DNA of 64,000 nt from Bacillota bacterium (GTDB lineage Bacteria > Bacillota > Syntrophomonadia > Syntrophomonadales > Syntrophomonadaceae), in contig JAEWZB010000121.1 of assembly GCA_023395515.1 (NCBI GenBank), positions 4,365 to 68,364 of the forward strand, read 5' to 3'. A model generated the notes under the pieces. It worked only from the letters and a program-made list of their open reading frames with translations, had not been told where the DNA came from and did not search any database. The translations under genes were made by a program, and so were the position numbers. Each line of letters begins with the position of its first letter. The first letter of the stretch is position 1. This document shows, piece by piece, positions 48,935 through 59,498 of the stretch.

Positions 48935-49892
48935 CTTAAAAGAAATATCCGCACAACTCATAAAAAACGATAACTTTCTTATAATCGGGCACAGTATTCC
49001 TGATGGGGATTGTATTGGTTCTATGCTAGGTTTGTATATGGGATTGATATCACTAAATAAAAATGTTAGTATGTTTCTCCACGATATTATTCCTAGCATA
49101 TATCATTATTTACCTTATGTGGAATATATCAATAATTCTCTGCCGGAGCCGGACAGGATAGAAAACATTATTTTCTTAGACTGTACTGATAAAGACCGGG
49201 TGGGTTTTGAGGTGGCCCCCAATTTAAATAAGGAAGCTACAGTTTTTAATATTGACCACCATGAAAGCAATGCCTTTTTTGGTCATTACAACTATGTGGA
49301 TAAGAGGGCTGCGGCTACCGCCGAGATTATTTATGAGTTGTTAGGGGAAATGAATATACCCCTAAATGAAAATATAGCTACTCCCCTTTATGCAGGCATG
49401 GTAATGGATACCGGCAGCTTTAAGTACAGCAATACTACCAGTAAGACTCACCAAATAGCGGCGGCACTTTTAGAAAGCGGAGTTAATTTAGAAAAGACCC
49501 GAATAAATTTATTTGAGTCTAAGCCTATGCAAGAAGTATTACTTTTAGCTAAGGCATTAAGAAATTTTAATATTAGTGCCGATGGGAAAATAGCCTGGAT
49601 GTTATTACCTTATGCCGATATTGATGAAATAGCAGCTCATGGTTTGCATCCTGAAGGAATTATTAATTACACCCGGATGATTAAAGGAGTTGAAGTAGGT
49701 TTACTATTTCGCGAAATAAAACCGGGTTTAATCAAGATAGGCTTTAGATCGAAACAAGGTGTTGATGTTGCCCTGATAGCTAAGGAATTAGGAGGCGGGG
49801 GTCACAAGCAGGCGGCTGGGGCCAGCCAAGAAGGTGATATTAACACAGTTTGTGACCAGGTTATAAAAATAGTAGAAAAAATGGTGTTATAG
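48912..49892 (+). CDS. nrnA: DHH/DHHA1 phosphoesterase, NrnA-like nanoRNase / pAp phosphatase
   Basis: DHH motifs HSIPDGDCIGS, FLDC, DHHESN, and DHHA1 GGGGH. The ORF is open from 48831, but ATG 48912 or 48927, overlapping the rbfA end, is the plausible start. Confidence 0.8.
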   Translation: MEKRLMNSLKEISAQLIKNDNFLIIGHSIPDGDCIGSMLGLYMGLISLNKNVSMFLHDIIPSIYHYLPYVEYINNSLPEPDRIENIIFLDCTDKDRVGFEVAPNLNKEATVFNIDHHESNAFFGHYNYVDKRAAATAEIIYELLGEMNIPLNENIATPLYAGMVMDTGSFKYSNTTSKTHQIAAALLESGVNLEKTRINLFESKPMQEVLLLAKALRNFNISADGKIAWMLLPYADIDEIAAHGLHPEGIINYTRMIKGVEVGLLFREIKPGLIKIGFRSKQGVDVALIAKELGGGGHKQAAGASQEGDINTVCDQVIKIVEKMVL

Positions 49893-50789
49893 ATGGATGG
49901 ATTTTTAATTGTAAATAAACCGTCTGCTATGACCTCTTATGATGTAATTAGAAGCTTGAAACGTCTATTGCCCCGTAAAACCAAAATAGGTCATTTAGGA
50001 ACTCTTGATCCGATGGTAACGGGAGTATTGCCTATAGCTATCGGACAAGCCACTAAAATAATTCCTTATATTGAGGATGAATCCAAAGAATATGTGGCTA
50101 CCCTAACTTTAGGGGGAGTTTCTGATACTCAAGATGTATGGGGCAATGTTACTTATAAAAACTCGGTTCAGATAGAAGCCGAACCAATCGAAACTGCCCT
50201 AAAAAACCTGGTAGGGGATATTGAACAAATTCCTCCTATGTACTCGGCAGTCCACCATCAAGGTCAAAAGCTATATGAGTTAGCCCGTAAGGGTGTCATC
50301 GTGGAAAGAAAAGCCCGGCCGGCCCGAATATTTGCTATAGATGTCTTGCAGATTGATTTAAAGGGCCAGTTTCCGTTGATACAATTCCGGGTAGTCTGCT
50401 CTAAGGGAACTTATATCCGAACCTTATGCAATGATATCGGGGAGAAATTAGGTACGGGCGGATTTTTATCGAGCCTTATCCGCACTAAGTCAGGTATTTT
50501 TACTCTGGATGACAGCCATTCTTTAGCAGAGATTCTAGCCGAACCCGAGGATATAAAAGGTTTGCTGGCGGTAGATTTTCCTCTAAAACACTGGCCGGTC
50601 TATAGGCTTAAAGATAGGGCCGAAAGCCTAGCCATTAGTAATGGCAATCCTATTTATACTACTTCTGAGTTACCACTGGGATTTATGAGAATTTATGACC
50701 AGGAAGAACAATTTGTAGCTATCGGTCAAGCTAATGCGGAAAACTTATCTGTAGCAATAAAACCAATCCGGGTTTTTAAAACTGTTTAA
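49893..50789 (+). CDS. truB: tRNA pseudouridine-55 synthase
   Basis: 298 aa with GHLGTLDPMVTGVLP. Confidence 0.95.
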   Translation: MDGFLIVNKPSAMTSYDVIRSLKRLLPRKTKIGHLGTLDPMVTGVLPIAIGQATKIIPYIEDESKEYVATLTLGGVSDTQDVWGNVTYKNSVQIEAEPIETALKNLVGDIEQIPPMYSAVHHQGQKLYELARKGVIVERKARPARIFAIDVLQIDLKGQFPLIQFRVVCSKGTYIRTLCNDIGEKLGTGGFLSSLIRTKSGIFTLDDSHSLAEILAEPEDIKGLLAVDFPLKHWPVYRLKDRAESLAISNGNPIYTTSELPLGFMRIYDQEEQFVAIGQANAENLSVAIKPIRVFKTV

Positions 50790-50801
50790 GGGAGAACTTA
50801 G

Positions 50802-51740
50802 ATGGAGATAATTAGAGAAATAGAAAACTATAAAAAAGGCGAAAAGCCCGTATTTTTAGCTTTAGGAAACTTTGATGGAGTACATTTAGGCCACCACAGG
50901 TTATTGCAGGAGGTAGTGGACGGAGCCAATGCTAATTCAGGAATTTCCACCGCTTTTATATTTGATCCTCATCCTAATAAAATAATTAATCCCGATAAAG
51001 CTCCGAAGCTGATTACAGGATCTCTGCAACAAGCCAAATTATTAGAACAGATAGGAATTAAATTATTGATTTACAACTCTTTTAATAAAGAGATATCTAA
51101 GTGGGAACCGGAAGAGTTTGTGCAAAAAATAATAGTAGATAAGCTTAATGCTAAACATATATTTGTAGGTTTTAATTATTCTTTTGGTTACAAAGGCCAA
51201 GGTACCCCTGATTTGCTAAAGGAATTAGGAATTAAATATGGATTTAAAGTTAGTATTATAAGACCGGTAGAATTAGATGGTAAGGTGGTTTCCAGTACCT
51301 TAATCAGGGAAGCCCTGGAAGAGGGGCAGGTCAAGGAAGCCCGGCATTTATTAGGTCATCCCTTTACAGTAACCGGCAGTGTAGTTCGCGGTGAAAAGCG
51401 GGGCAGTAAAATTGGATTTCCCACAGCTAACCTTAAAATAGATGAGGATATTTTAATACCTGGTATAGGAGTTTATGCCGCTAAGGCTTTATATAAAGAA
51501 GTTACTTATAATTGTGTAGTAAATATAGGCAGAAAACCTACTTTTCATAATGACCATCCGGTAACTATGGAGGTACATATCATAGATTTTGCCCAAGATA
51601 TTTATGATGAAACTCTAACCATATATTTTCTGGATAAGGTCAGGGATGAAAAAAAGTTTAACGGTATAGATGATTTAGTAAACCAGATTAGCCAAGACCG
51701 GGATGCAGCCTATAAAATAGCGGCGGTCTATTCGAGTTAA
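50802..51740 (+). CDS. ribF: bifunctional riboflavin kinase / FAD synthetase
   Basis: 312 aa with ALGNFDGVHLGH and GEKRGSKIGFPTANL. Confidence 0.95.
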   Translation: MEIIREIENYKKGEKPVFLALGNFDGVHLGHHRLLQEVVDGANANSGISTAFIFDPHPNKIINPDKAPKLITGSLQQAKLLEQIGIKLLIYNSFNKEISKWEPEEFVQKIIVDKLNAKHIFVGFNYSFGYKGQGTPDLLKELGIKYGFKVSIIRPVELDGKVVSSTLIREALEEGQVKEARHLLGHPFTVTGSVVRGEKRGSKIGFPTANLKIDEDILIPGIGVYAAKALYKEVTYNCVVNIGRKPTFHNDHPVTMEVHIIDFAQDIYDETLTIYFLDKVRDEKKFNGIDDLVNQISQDRDAAYKIAAVYSS

Positions 51741-51969
51741 AGTTTACTTTTTAACGAGGCTATGCTAAAATTACCTTGGTTCTAATGGGATTTTATGAGA
51801 ATATTATGAAAGTTTTAAAGCAAAGAGCGGCCAGGTCTTTGATCTAGTTGTTAAATATATAAGGTAGACTGATTATAAAGTGGTCTGCCCCGGAACCGTC
51901 AGCTAGGGTTAGCGAAGTCACCGACGCTTTTCTTGGTTAGCGGCGATTAATAGTGAGGAGGTGAAATAA

Positions 51970-52239
51970 ATGGCCTTAAGTCAAGAAAGAAAGCAAGAAC
52001 TTATCAAGGGTTTCCAAATTCATGAAAATGATACCGGTTCCCCGGAAGTTCAAATAGCCATTCTTACGGAAAGAATTAATTATCTGAATGAACATCTTAA
52101 GCTTAATAAAAAAGATCATCATTCACGCCGAGGTTTACTTAAGATGGTTGGTCAAAGAAGAGCTTTATTAGATTATCTTAAAGATAATGATTTCGAAAGA
52201 TATAGAAGTATCGTTACCAGATTAGGTTTACGAAGATAA
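51970..52239 (+). CDS. rpsO: 30S ribosomal protein S15
   Basis: 89 aa with [33 protein letters not shown]. Confidence 0.97.
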   Translation: MALSQERKQELIKGFQIHENDTGSPEVQIAILTERINYLNEHLKLNKKDHHSRRGLLKMVGQRRALLDYLKDNDFERYRSIVTRLGLRR

Positions 52240-52268
52240 AGAGCGGATACTGCCGCTCTTTAATTTTA
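52239..52268 (+). terminator. hairpin/terminator between rpsO and pnp
   Basis: AAGAGCGG - atactg - CCGCTCTT followed by the T-rich TAATTTTAT. Confidence 0.65.
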
Positions 52269-52307
52269 TCCTTAATCCATAATATTAGAAAGGAGGACAT
52301 CTAATCA

Positions 52308-54419
52308 GTGCATCTTTTTGAAACCGAAATTGGTGGAAGAAAATTAGTAATCGAAGTTGGTAAAGTAGCTAAACAAGCTAATGGAGCTGCTGTAATGCGT
52401 TATGGAGAAACTGTAGTCTTAGTTACAGCAACTGCTTCTAAACTGCCGCGGGAAGGCATAGATTTTTTCCCTTTGACGGTAGATTATGAAGAAAGACAAT
52501 ATGCCGCAGGAAAAATTCCGGGAGGGTTTATAAAAAGAGAAGGCCGGCCTACAGAATTGGCGACTTTAAGTGCCCGATTAATTGACAGGCCTATCCGTCC
52601 TTTATTCCCTAAAGGATACCGTAATGATGTGCATGTAGTAGCTACGATTTTATCCGTAGAAAAGGATAATGCCCCTGATGTAACGGCTATAACCGGAGCA
52701 TCAATAGCATTAAGTGTTTCTAATATTCCTTTTAACGGCCCGGTGGCGGGGGTAGTAGTAGGCTTAATTGATGGAAAGTTTATAATTAACCCTACCGTGG
52801 AAGAAATGGGCCTAAGCCAGATGCATATAACTGTAGCCGGTAGTAAGGATGCCATCATGATGGTAGAAGGGGGAATTAATGAAATTCCCGAAGCTCAAGT
52901 TATTGACGCTATCTTTTATGCTCATGATGAGATTAAGAAAATCTGTGCTTTCCAGGAAACTATAATTGCAGCTGTTAACCCGGTTAAATCCGAAGTTATT
53001 CTGCCCCAGGTCAATGAAGAGCTGGAAGCTGCCGTAAGGGAATTCGTTACTGAAAAAATGGAAGCAGCAGTAAAGAATTCTGATAAAAAGGCCCGGGAAG
53101 GGCAAATGGAAGCAGTAAACCAGCTAACTATGGAACATTTTGCTGATATTTATCCCGAAGATGGTAAACAAGTAAATACTATACTGGAAAAAGTTTTGAA
53201 AGAAACTGTGCGTAAAATGATTTTAGAAGATAGGGACAGAGTTGATGGCAGGGAACTAGATGAAATCAGACCAGTTACTTGTGAAGTAGGCTATTTGCCC
53301 AGACCCCATGGTACAGGTTTATTTACCCGGGGACAAACCCAGGTATTATCTGTTACTACTTTAGGTGCTATGAGTGAGGAACAGGTGTTAGATGGATTAG
53401 GAATTGAAGAATCTAAAAGGTATATCCATCATTATAATTTCCCCCCTTATAGTGTAGGTGAAACTAAACCTATGCGGGGACCGGGACGCCGGGAAATAGG
53501 TCATGGTGCTTTGGCAGAAAGAGCTTTAATTCCAGTAATTCCAGACCAGGAAGTTTTTCCTTATACTATCAGAGTAGTATCTGATGTCTTAGAATCAAAC
53601 GGCTCCAGCTCTATGGGCAGTGTCTGTGGTAGCACCTTATCTTTAATGCATGCGGGAGTTCCCATTAAAGCTCCGGTATCAGGTATTGCTATGGGTTTAG
53701 TTAAAGAAGGAGATGCCTTTGCGATTTTAAGTGATATTCAAGGAATTGAGGATGCCTTAGGAGATATGGACTTCAAGGTAACCGGAACTGAAAATGGACT
53801 TACGGCTTTACAAATGGATATTAAAATCACCGGAGTAAACCGTGAAATAGTAGAAACAGCTTTAGCTCAAGCTCAGGTCGGCAGAATGTTTATTATGGGC
53901 AAAATGATGGAAGCTATTGATCAGCCTAATCAGGAACTTTCTCCTTATGCTCCTCAAATGATACGGATGAAAATTCATCCCGATAAGATTAGGGAAGTAA
54001 TAGGCCCTGGGGGAAAGACTATCCATAAAATTGTTGATGATACCGGCTGTAAAATTGATATTGAAGATGATGGTACTTTATTTATTGTAGCAACTGACCA
54101 AGAAGCAGGACAACGCGCCCGTTCTCTAATTGAGTCTATTGTGGCCGAAGTAGAAGTAGGCAAGACTTACATGGGTACAGTAAAACGCATTATGGATTTC
54201 GGAGCATTTGTAGAAATTATTCCGGGTGTTTTAGGTACTTCAGGTAAGGAAGGGTTAGTCCATATATCTCAACTGGCCGAAGAGAGAGTTGAAAAGGTAA
54301 ATGATGTGGTAGCAATTGGTGACCAAATCCTGGTTAAGGTTACGGAAATTGATAAACAAGGCCGAGTCAACTTATCTCGTAAAGCAGTTTTGAAAAGTAC
54401 TACTAAACCAAACAATTAA
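52308..54419 (+). CDS. pnp: polynucleotide phosphorylase
   Basis: 703 aa with two RNase PH domains plus KH (IGPGGKTI) and S1 ([15 protein letters not shown]). Confidence 0.97.
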   Translation: MHLFETEIGGRKLVIEVGKVAKQANGAAVMRYGETVVLVTATASKLPREGIDFFPLTVDYEERQYAAGKIPGGFIKREGRPTELATLSARLIDRPIRPLFPKGYRNDVHVVATILSVEKDNAPDVTAITGASIALSVSNIPFNGPVAGVVVGLIDGKFIINPTVEEMGLSQMHITVAGSKDAIMMVEGGINEIPEAQVIDAIFYAHDEIKKICAFQETIIAAVNPVKSEVILPQVNEELEAAVREFVTEKMEAAVKNSDKKAREGQMEAVNQLTMEHFADIYPEDGKQVNTILEKVLKETVRKMILEDRDRVDGRELDEIRPVTCEVGYLPRPHGTGLFTRGQTQVLSVTTLGAMSEEQVLDGLGIEESKRYIHHYNFPPYSVGETKPMRGPGRREIGHGALAERALIPVIPDQEVFPYTIRVVSDVLESNGSSSMGSVCGSTLSLMHAGVPIKAPVSGIAMGLVKEGDAFAILSDIQGIEDALGDMDFKVTGTENGLTALQMDIKITGVNREIVETALAQAQVGRMFIMGKMMEAIDQPNQELSPYAPQMIRMKIHPDKIREVIGPGGKTIHKIVDDTGCKIDIEDDGTLFIVATDQEAGQRARSLIESIVAEVEVGKTYMGTVKRIMDFGAFVEIIPGVLGTSGKEGLVHISQLAEERVEKVNDVVAIGDQILVKVTEIDKQGRVNLSRKAVLKSTTKPNN

Positions 54420-54433
54420 AGTTTTTTCCCAAG

Positions 54434-54466
54434 TAAACCGAGACCACTCGGTTTATTTGTATTTTC
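54434..54466 (+). terminator. intrinsic terminator after pnp
   Basis: TAAACCGAG - acca - CTCGGTTTA followed by TTTGTATTTT. Confidence 0.75.
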
Positions 54467-54532
54467 TGGATAACTGAATACATACCTTACCTGACGAATA
54501 ATTATTTATGAGTAGCTAATGTTAGGGGTGGG

Positions 54533-55387
54533 ATGGTGATTTCTAAAAAGGGTTTTCAAGTCATTAAATTAGATGGTAGAGCCCTTTTTTTATTTACTTT
54601 TTTAATAGCCACCTCATTGATTAACAGTGGGGTAGACAAAGTAGAACGTTATTTTTACGGGGTAAAGCCGGGGGTAACCATTGAATCTTATGCTGCTGAA
54701 GGTTTATTGCCTGATGAGGTCCGATTAGTAGTGGAGGAATTAGCTCTAAAATATCTGACCATACCGGTAGAGCCCCATATTGATAAATTAACCGGGCAAA
54801 TAATAGAGGAAAAGGAAGGTGTATTAGTAGATATTAAAAAAAGTGTAGCTAAAGTGATTGCGGCTCAGGAAAATGAGCAGGTCAGTTTGTATTTGATTAG
54901 GGTACAGCCTCACCATACCAGTCAGGAGCTAAGTAATGCCAATAAGGTTTTAGGTTATTATGAAACCGGCATAGGTGGGTCTTACCAACGTTATAATAAC
55001 ATTTTGCTGGCTAGTCAGGGTATTAATAATGTGCTTTTATGGCCGGGAGACTTATTTTCCTTTAACGAAATAGTAGGGCCCAGAACCGTGGAAAGAGGTT
55101 ATTTACCTGCCCCAGTTATTTTATCTGGGTCTACCGGAGTAGATTATGGAGGAGGGGTGTGTCAAGTATCAAGTACATTATATAATGCAGTTTTAAATAG
55201 TGGGCTTAAGGTAATGGAAAGACATCCACATTCAAAGCCAGTTACTTATATTCCTAAAGATAGGGATGCTACAGTGAGCTTTGATGATTTAGATTTTAAA
55301 TTCGAAAATACTTCCCAGGGGCCCATAATAGTAAAAGCAGGTATTAGTGGAGGAAGAATCTGGGTACAGCTAAGGGGGAAAGATTAG
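54533..55387 (+). CDS. VanW family protein
   Basis: 284 aa with an N-terminal TM helix and the VanW core GGGVCQVSSTLYNA...ERHPHS. Confidence 0.75.
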   Translation: MVISKKGFQVIKLDGRALFLFTFLIATSLINSGVDKVERYFYGVKPGVTIESYAAEGLLPDEVRLVVEELALKYLTIPVEPHIDKLTGQIIEEKEGVLVDIKKSVAKVIAAQENEQVSLYLIRVQPHHTSQELSNANKVLGYYETGIGGSYQRYNNILLASQGINNVLLWPGDLFSFNEIVGPRTVERGYLPAPVILSGSTGVDYGGGVCQVSSTLYNAVLNSGLKVMERHPHSKPVTYIPKDRDATVSFDDLDFKFENTSQGPIIVKAGISGGRIWVQLRGKD

Positions 55388-56137
55388 ATGAAAGTTTACT
55401 TTTTTTCTAAAAAAATGTTAATGGGGGCAGCAGCTGTATTATTACTTATTGCTAGTTTTTTAGGAGTTTCACTGCTTTATTACAGTGAATCCGGAGTAGC
55501 ATCGCGTATGAATGAGCCTATATACCAGGGTAATACCGGTAAAAAGGTGGTAGCGATTACCGTCAATGTAGACTGGGGGGAAGAATTTATTCCGGCCATG
55601 TTAGAGCAGTTTCAAAAACATGAAGCTCAAGTAACCTTTTTTGTTACCGGGGTATGGGCCGAGAAAAATCCAGACCTGTTAAAGAAGATGGCTGAGGCTG
55701 GACATAGCATTCAAAACCATGGTTATAAGCATGTGCATTTTAACAGTCTCTCTTCAGCCGATGCAGTTAACCAGATAAAAAAAGCGGAAGAGGTTATTTA
55801 TAAAACTATAGGTAAGCGCAGTGAGTTTTTTGCCTCTCCTTATGGGGAACAGAACCGCCAATTAATGAGTTCTGTGTCCAGTATCAATTACGACCTGATC
55901 ATGTGGAGTGTAGATACTATTGACTGGCAAAGGCCTAGCCCGGATATCATTGTAAAAAGGGTGCTCAATAAGGTTCATAATGATGCCATTATTTTAATGC
56001 ATCCTACCGAACCAACGGTGCAAGCCTTACCGGAGATGCTAAAGGGTATCAAAGCAGAAGGCTATAAAATGGTAACCATAGATAAAATTTTAGTGGCCAA
56101 GGATGGGGATGTAAAGGAAAATGTTACGAAAGAGTAG
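55388..56137 (+). CDS. polysaccharide deacetylase (YlxY/PdaB-like, NodB domain)
   Basis: 249 aa with an N-terminal TM helix and NodB motifs TVNVDWG, FFVTG, HSIQNHGYKH and LMHP. Confidence 0.85.
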   Translation: MKVYFFSKKMLMGAAAVLLLIASFLGVSLLYYSESGVASRMNEPIYQGNTGKKVVAITVNVDWGEEFIPAMLEQFQKHEAQVTFFVTGVWAEKNPDLLKKMAEAGHSIQNHGYKHVHFNSLSSADAVNQIKKAEEVIYKTIGKRSEFFASPYGEQNRQLMSSVSSINYDLIMWSVDTIDWQRPSPDIIVKRVLNKVHNDAIILMHPTEPTVQALPEMLKGIKAEGYKMVTIDKILVAKDGDVKENVTKE

Positions 56138-57230
56138 TATTATTTGTTTAGCCCTTTTTTTATTACTTAGTATAAAGGTGGAGGTCAATGCTGCACCTTA
56201 CTTTTCTACTAACTTTTTCTGCCTGGCTGATGGGGAGACTGGTCAAATTATATATGCTAAAGGCCAGGATGATAAGCGGGCCGTAGCCAGTACCACCAAG
56301 ATGATGACGGCTATTTTGACGGTGGAATATGCCGGGTTAGATGAGGTAGCTACTATTACTGAACATGCTGATAAGACCCCGGAATTTACCATTGGATTAC
56401 GGGCCGGGCAGCAAGTAGAGGTGGGGGAGTTATTAAAGGTAGCCTTAATCCGTTCCTCCAATGATGCAGCCGTAGCTTTAGCTGAACATGTAGCCGGTGA
56501 TGAAAGATTTTTTGGGCATCTTATGACTAAGAAAGCTTTTGCCATAGGGGCAGTTAATACCCATTTTGTAAATGCGTCGGGACTGCCTAATCAAGAGCAT
56601 TATAGTACCGCTTACGATTTAAGTGTGATAGGACGTTATTTATTAACCAAAAAAGAGCCGGCCCAAATTGTAGCTATGCCGCAGTCTACCTTTAAGCATC
56701 CCGGTTACCGGGAACCCTTGCCTATCCAAAATACTAATGGCTTAATGTGGAATTATCCCGGTATTAACGGAATTAAGACCGGTACAACTGATTTAGCCGG
56801 CCGATGTTTAGTAGCTTCAGCCACCAGGGAGGGACGCAGTCTTATTGCCGTTGTTCTAAGGTCAGGGGATAGAAATGGTGATGGCAGAAGATTATTGGAT
56901 TATGGCTTTAATAAGGCGGAATATGTAAAGGTAATAGATAAAGAGCAGGTATTTAAACAATTAAAAGTAAATAATGGGGATAAACCATATGTAGAAGTTT
57001 ATCCCAGCCAGGATGTATACCTATGGCAGGCCGATATAAAATTAGATATTGAAAAAAAGGTGCGTATGAACTATATGGTTGAAGCCCCGATAAATGAAGG
57101 AGTTAAGCTAGGTTATCTGGATGTTTATGCTAATGGTAAGCTGGTTAATAGTATAGCTTTAGTGAGTAGGGAGAATATTAACAAGAATAATAAAATCATT
57201 AATAGAATAAAGGAAATATTAATAAAGTAA
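56121..57230 (+). CDS. D-alanyl-D-alanine carboxypeptidase (S11, DacB/DacF-like)
   Basis: Signal peptide, SxxK (ASTTKMMT), SxN (SSND) and KTG (KTGTT). Confidence 0.85.
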   Translation: MLRKSSIICLALFLLLSIKVEVNAAPYFSTNFFCLADGETGQIIYAKGQDDKRAVASTTKMMTAILTVEYAGLDEVATITEHADKTPEFTIGLRAGQQVEVGELLKVALIRSSNDAAVALAEHVAGDERFFGHLMTKKAFAIGAVNTHFVNASGLPNQEHYSTAYDLSVIGRYLLTKKEPAQIVAMPQSTFKHPGYREPLPIQNTNGLMWNYPGINGIKTGTTDLAGRCLVASATREGRSLIAVVLRSGDRNGDGRRLLDYGFNKAEYVKVIDKEQVFKQLKVNNGDKPYVEVYPSQDVYLWQADIKLDIEKKVRMNYMVEAPINEGVKLGYLDVYANGKLVNSIALVSRENINKNNKIINRIKEILIK

Positions 57231-57289
57231 AGGGATTACTAGTAGATTAAACGAATTATAGTATGAATTCTATCAATGGAGGTAATTAG

Positions 57290-58558
57290 GTGATAAATAA
57301 TTGGAATCTGGATAGTAATGCCACCCTGGTTGTCGAAGAAATTCCTTACCTGAAATCAGTAGCGGTAGGTATATATATTAAAGTAGGCTCCAGACATGAG
57401 CCTGAGCATATGGCGGGAGCCAGTCATTTTATAGAACATATGCTTTTTAAGGGAACGGGCAGCCGTACGGCCCGGGATATCGCGGAGAGCTTTGAAGGTA
57501 TCGGCGGACAGCTTAATGCTTTTACCGCTAAAGAATATACTTGTATATATGCCCGGACCTTAGATGAAAATTGTTATGAAGCTCTGGATATTTTATTTGA
57601 TATGATTTTTAATTCATCATTTTCCGCTAAGGATTTTATTACGGAAAAAGGGGTAGTTATTGAAGAGATCAATATGTACGAAGACTCCCCCGATGACTTA
57701 ATTCACGATGTTTTTGCCCAAAATTTATGGGATGGCAATTCCATGGGCTGGCCTATATTAGGGACCTTAGATTCGGTGGCCAACTTTAGCCGGGATGATA
57801 TTTATAATTTTTATAAAAACTGCTACCAACCGGCTAATTTGATTATTTCCATTGCCGGGAATGTGAAAAACGAAGCTATAAAGGCTAAGATTGAAAATTG
57901 TTTAAGCCGGCCATCACAATTAGCAGTTAATATAGAGAATCCTGACTCTAAAACTAATTTACCTTTTATAAACTTAGTGGAGAAGGATACTGAACAAGTT
58001 CAACTCTGTATAGGGGGACCCAGTATTTCTTATTTTGATTCTAACCGTTATGCTCAAAATGTCATGAATAGTATTTTGGGAGGCGGATTAAGTTCGAGAT
58101 TATTCCAAAAAATGCGGGAAGAATTAGGTCTGGCTTATTCGGTATATTCTTATCCCTCTAATTATTCAGATACCGGTTCTTATGCTATATATATCGGGAC
58201 TAGCAAGAATAATGTAGCCCGTTTTTTTGCCGCTTTACATGAAGAATTAGATTTATTTATAAGTAAGGGTGTTACCGAAGCTGAAGTAAACCGGGCCCAG
58301 CAGTTAATGAAATCCAATATTTATTTAGGCATGGAAAGTGCTACTAATCGCATGAGCCGTATTGGCAAATCCATGTTGATGTACGGAAAAATAGTTCCGG
58401 TAGAAAAAGTAGTGGAAAAGGTTTTAGCGGTAACCCCGGAAGAGGTCAATAATCTGGCCCAAAACATCCTGAATCATAAATCATTATCCATGGCAGCTAT
58501 TGGTTCCAAAGATATATTATCTCAAGTAGAACAAGAGTTCTCGCACTATTTTAGGTAG
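57290..58558 (+). CDS. M16 family zinc peptidase (YmxG/MlpA-like)
   Basis: 422 aa with the inverted zinc motif HFIEHMLFKGT. Confidence 0.85.
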   Translation: MINNWNLDSNATLVVEEIPYLKSVAVGIYIKVGSRHEPEHMAGASHFIEHMLFKGTGSRTARDIAESFEGIGGQLNAFTAKEYTCIYARTLDENCYEALDILFDMIFNSSFSAKDFITEKGVVIEEINMYEDSPDDLIHDVFAQNLWDGNSMGWPILGTLDSVANFSRDDIYNFYKNCYQPANLIISIAGNVKNEAIKAKIENCLSRPSQLAVNIENPDSKTNLPFINLVEKDTEQVQLCIGGPSISYFDSNRYAQNVMNSILGGGLSSRLFQKMREELGLAYSVYSYPSNYSDTGSYAIYIGTSKNNVARFFAALHEELDLFISKGVTEAEVNRAQQLMKSNIYLGMESATNRMSRIGKSMLMYGKIVPVEKVVEKVLAVTPEEVNNLAQNILNHKSLSMAAIGSKDILSQVEQEFSHYFR

Positions 58559-58579
58559 CAGATATAAGGAGAGGGTAAG

Positions 58580-59017
58580 TTGAAAATCCATATTAAAAGG
58601 TTGCATTCTGCAGATATTCCTTTACCTCAGTATATGACTGATGGTTCTTCAGGATTAGTTTTATATGCGGCTAATGATGAGCCTATGGTAATAGATAAAG
58701 GCCGAACCGTATTAGTTCCTACCGGCATTGCTATTTCCATACCTAAAGGTTATGAAGCCCAAGTCCGTCCCCGCAGTGGACTGGCTATTAAGCATGGTAT
58801 TACCTTACTTAACACCCCCGGCACTATTGATGCTGACTATAGAGGTGAAATTAAGGTTATTGTTATAAATCTGGGGGACAAAGAGTATATTTTACAAAGA
58901 GGGGAAAGAATTGCCCAGATGGTTTTTACTAAGGTGGAAAAAGTTGAATTAGTTGAGGTCGAAGACTTGGAAAAGACCACTCGGGGCACAGGCGGTTTTG
59001 GACATACTGGAGTTTAG
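58580..59017 (+). CDS. dut: dUTP diphosphatase
   Basis: 145 aa with RPRSGLA, GTIDADYRGE and a C-terminal RGTGGFGHTG. Confidence 0.9.
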   Translation: MKIHIKRLHSADIPLPQYMTDGSSGLVLYAANDEPMVIDKGRTVLVPTGIAISIPKGYEAQVRPRSGLAIKHGITLLNTPGTIDADYRGEIKVIVINLGDKEYILQRGERIAQMVFTKVEKVELVEVEDLEKTTRGTGGFGHTGV

Positions 59018-59028
59018 GGGGGATTAAC

Positions 59029-59298
59029 ATAAAGCTTAATGAGCTGATAGGTAAGGAAATGGTTAATATTTATGATGGCATGCGGATGGGAACGGTAGGG
59101 GAATCAGATATGTTAATTGATGAACAGAGTGGTCAAATTATTTCCATTATTCTTCCCAACCGGGGCAATGCCTTTAACTTTTGGGCTGACCGGCAAAAGC
59201 TGGTTATTCCCTGGGAGGCAGTTAAGAAAATAGGACGGGAAGTAATCGTGGTAGATATTGATAATACTCATATGCGGCTTAAAAATCATTCTTATTGA
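59029..59298 (+). CDS. ymxH: YlmC/YmxH family PRC-barrel sporulation protein
   Basis: The ORF-track ATG is at 59059. The in-frame upstream codons ATA AAG CTT AAT GAG CTG ATA GGT AAG GAA encode (I/M)KLNELIGKE, the conserved family N-terminus. See findings for the non-canonical start argument. Confidence 0.8.
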   Translation: MKLNELIGKEMVNIYDGMRMGTVGESDMLIDEQSGQIISIILPNRGNAFNFWADRQKLVIPWEAVKKIGREVIVVDIDNTHMRLKNHSY

Positions 59299-59318
59299 TA
59301 CATAGGAGGGATTAGAGT

Positions 59319-59498
59319 ATGGATAAAACTAAAGCATGGGATTATGCTCTAGGACTAATTAAAGTGGATGGTTTAGAGCCTTCTAAGGATTTTTTGGAGC
59401 TAGTGGAGAAAGAAAAAAAAGGCGAAATTACAACAGACGACATGAGAAAATATTTAAACGAAAAATATAAAATTAAAGAAGATAAAAACCATGATTGA
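59319..59498 (+). CDS. VbhA-like (class I Fic) antitoxin, degenerate inhibitory motif
   Basis: 59-aa ORF below the ORF-track cutoff: MDKTKAWDYALGLIKVDGLEPSKDFLELVEKEKKGEITTDDMRKYLNEKYKIKEDKNHD. SD AGGAGGG lies 8 nt upstream. The stop overlaps the Fic ATG (ATGATTGA). ALGLIKVDGLEPS aligns with VbhA ALASQRLEGLEPD. Confidence 0.6.
   Translation: MDKTKAWDYALGLIKVDGLEPSKDFLELVEKEKKGEITTDDMRKYLNEKYKIKEDKNHD

Noticed and set aside
54459-54488. Mother-cell sigma (SigE/SigK)-like -10 CATACCTT upstream of the VanW-deacetylase-carboxypeptidase genes
   Set aside because: Only the -10-like CATAC core is visible and the -35 match is poor. It is plausible biologically, since B. subtilis dacB is SigE-dependent, but the sequence alone does not support it.
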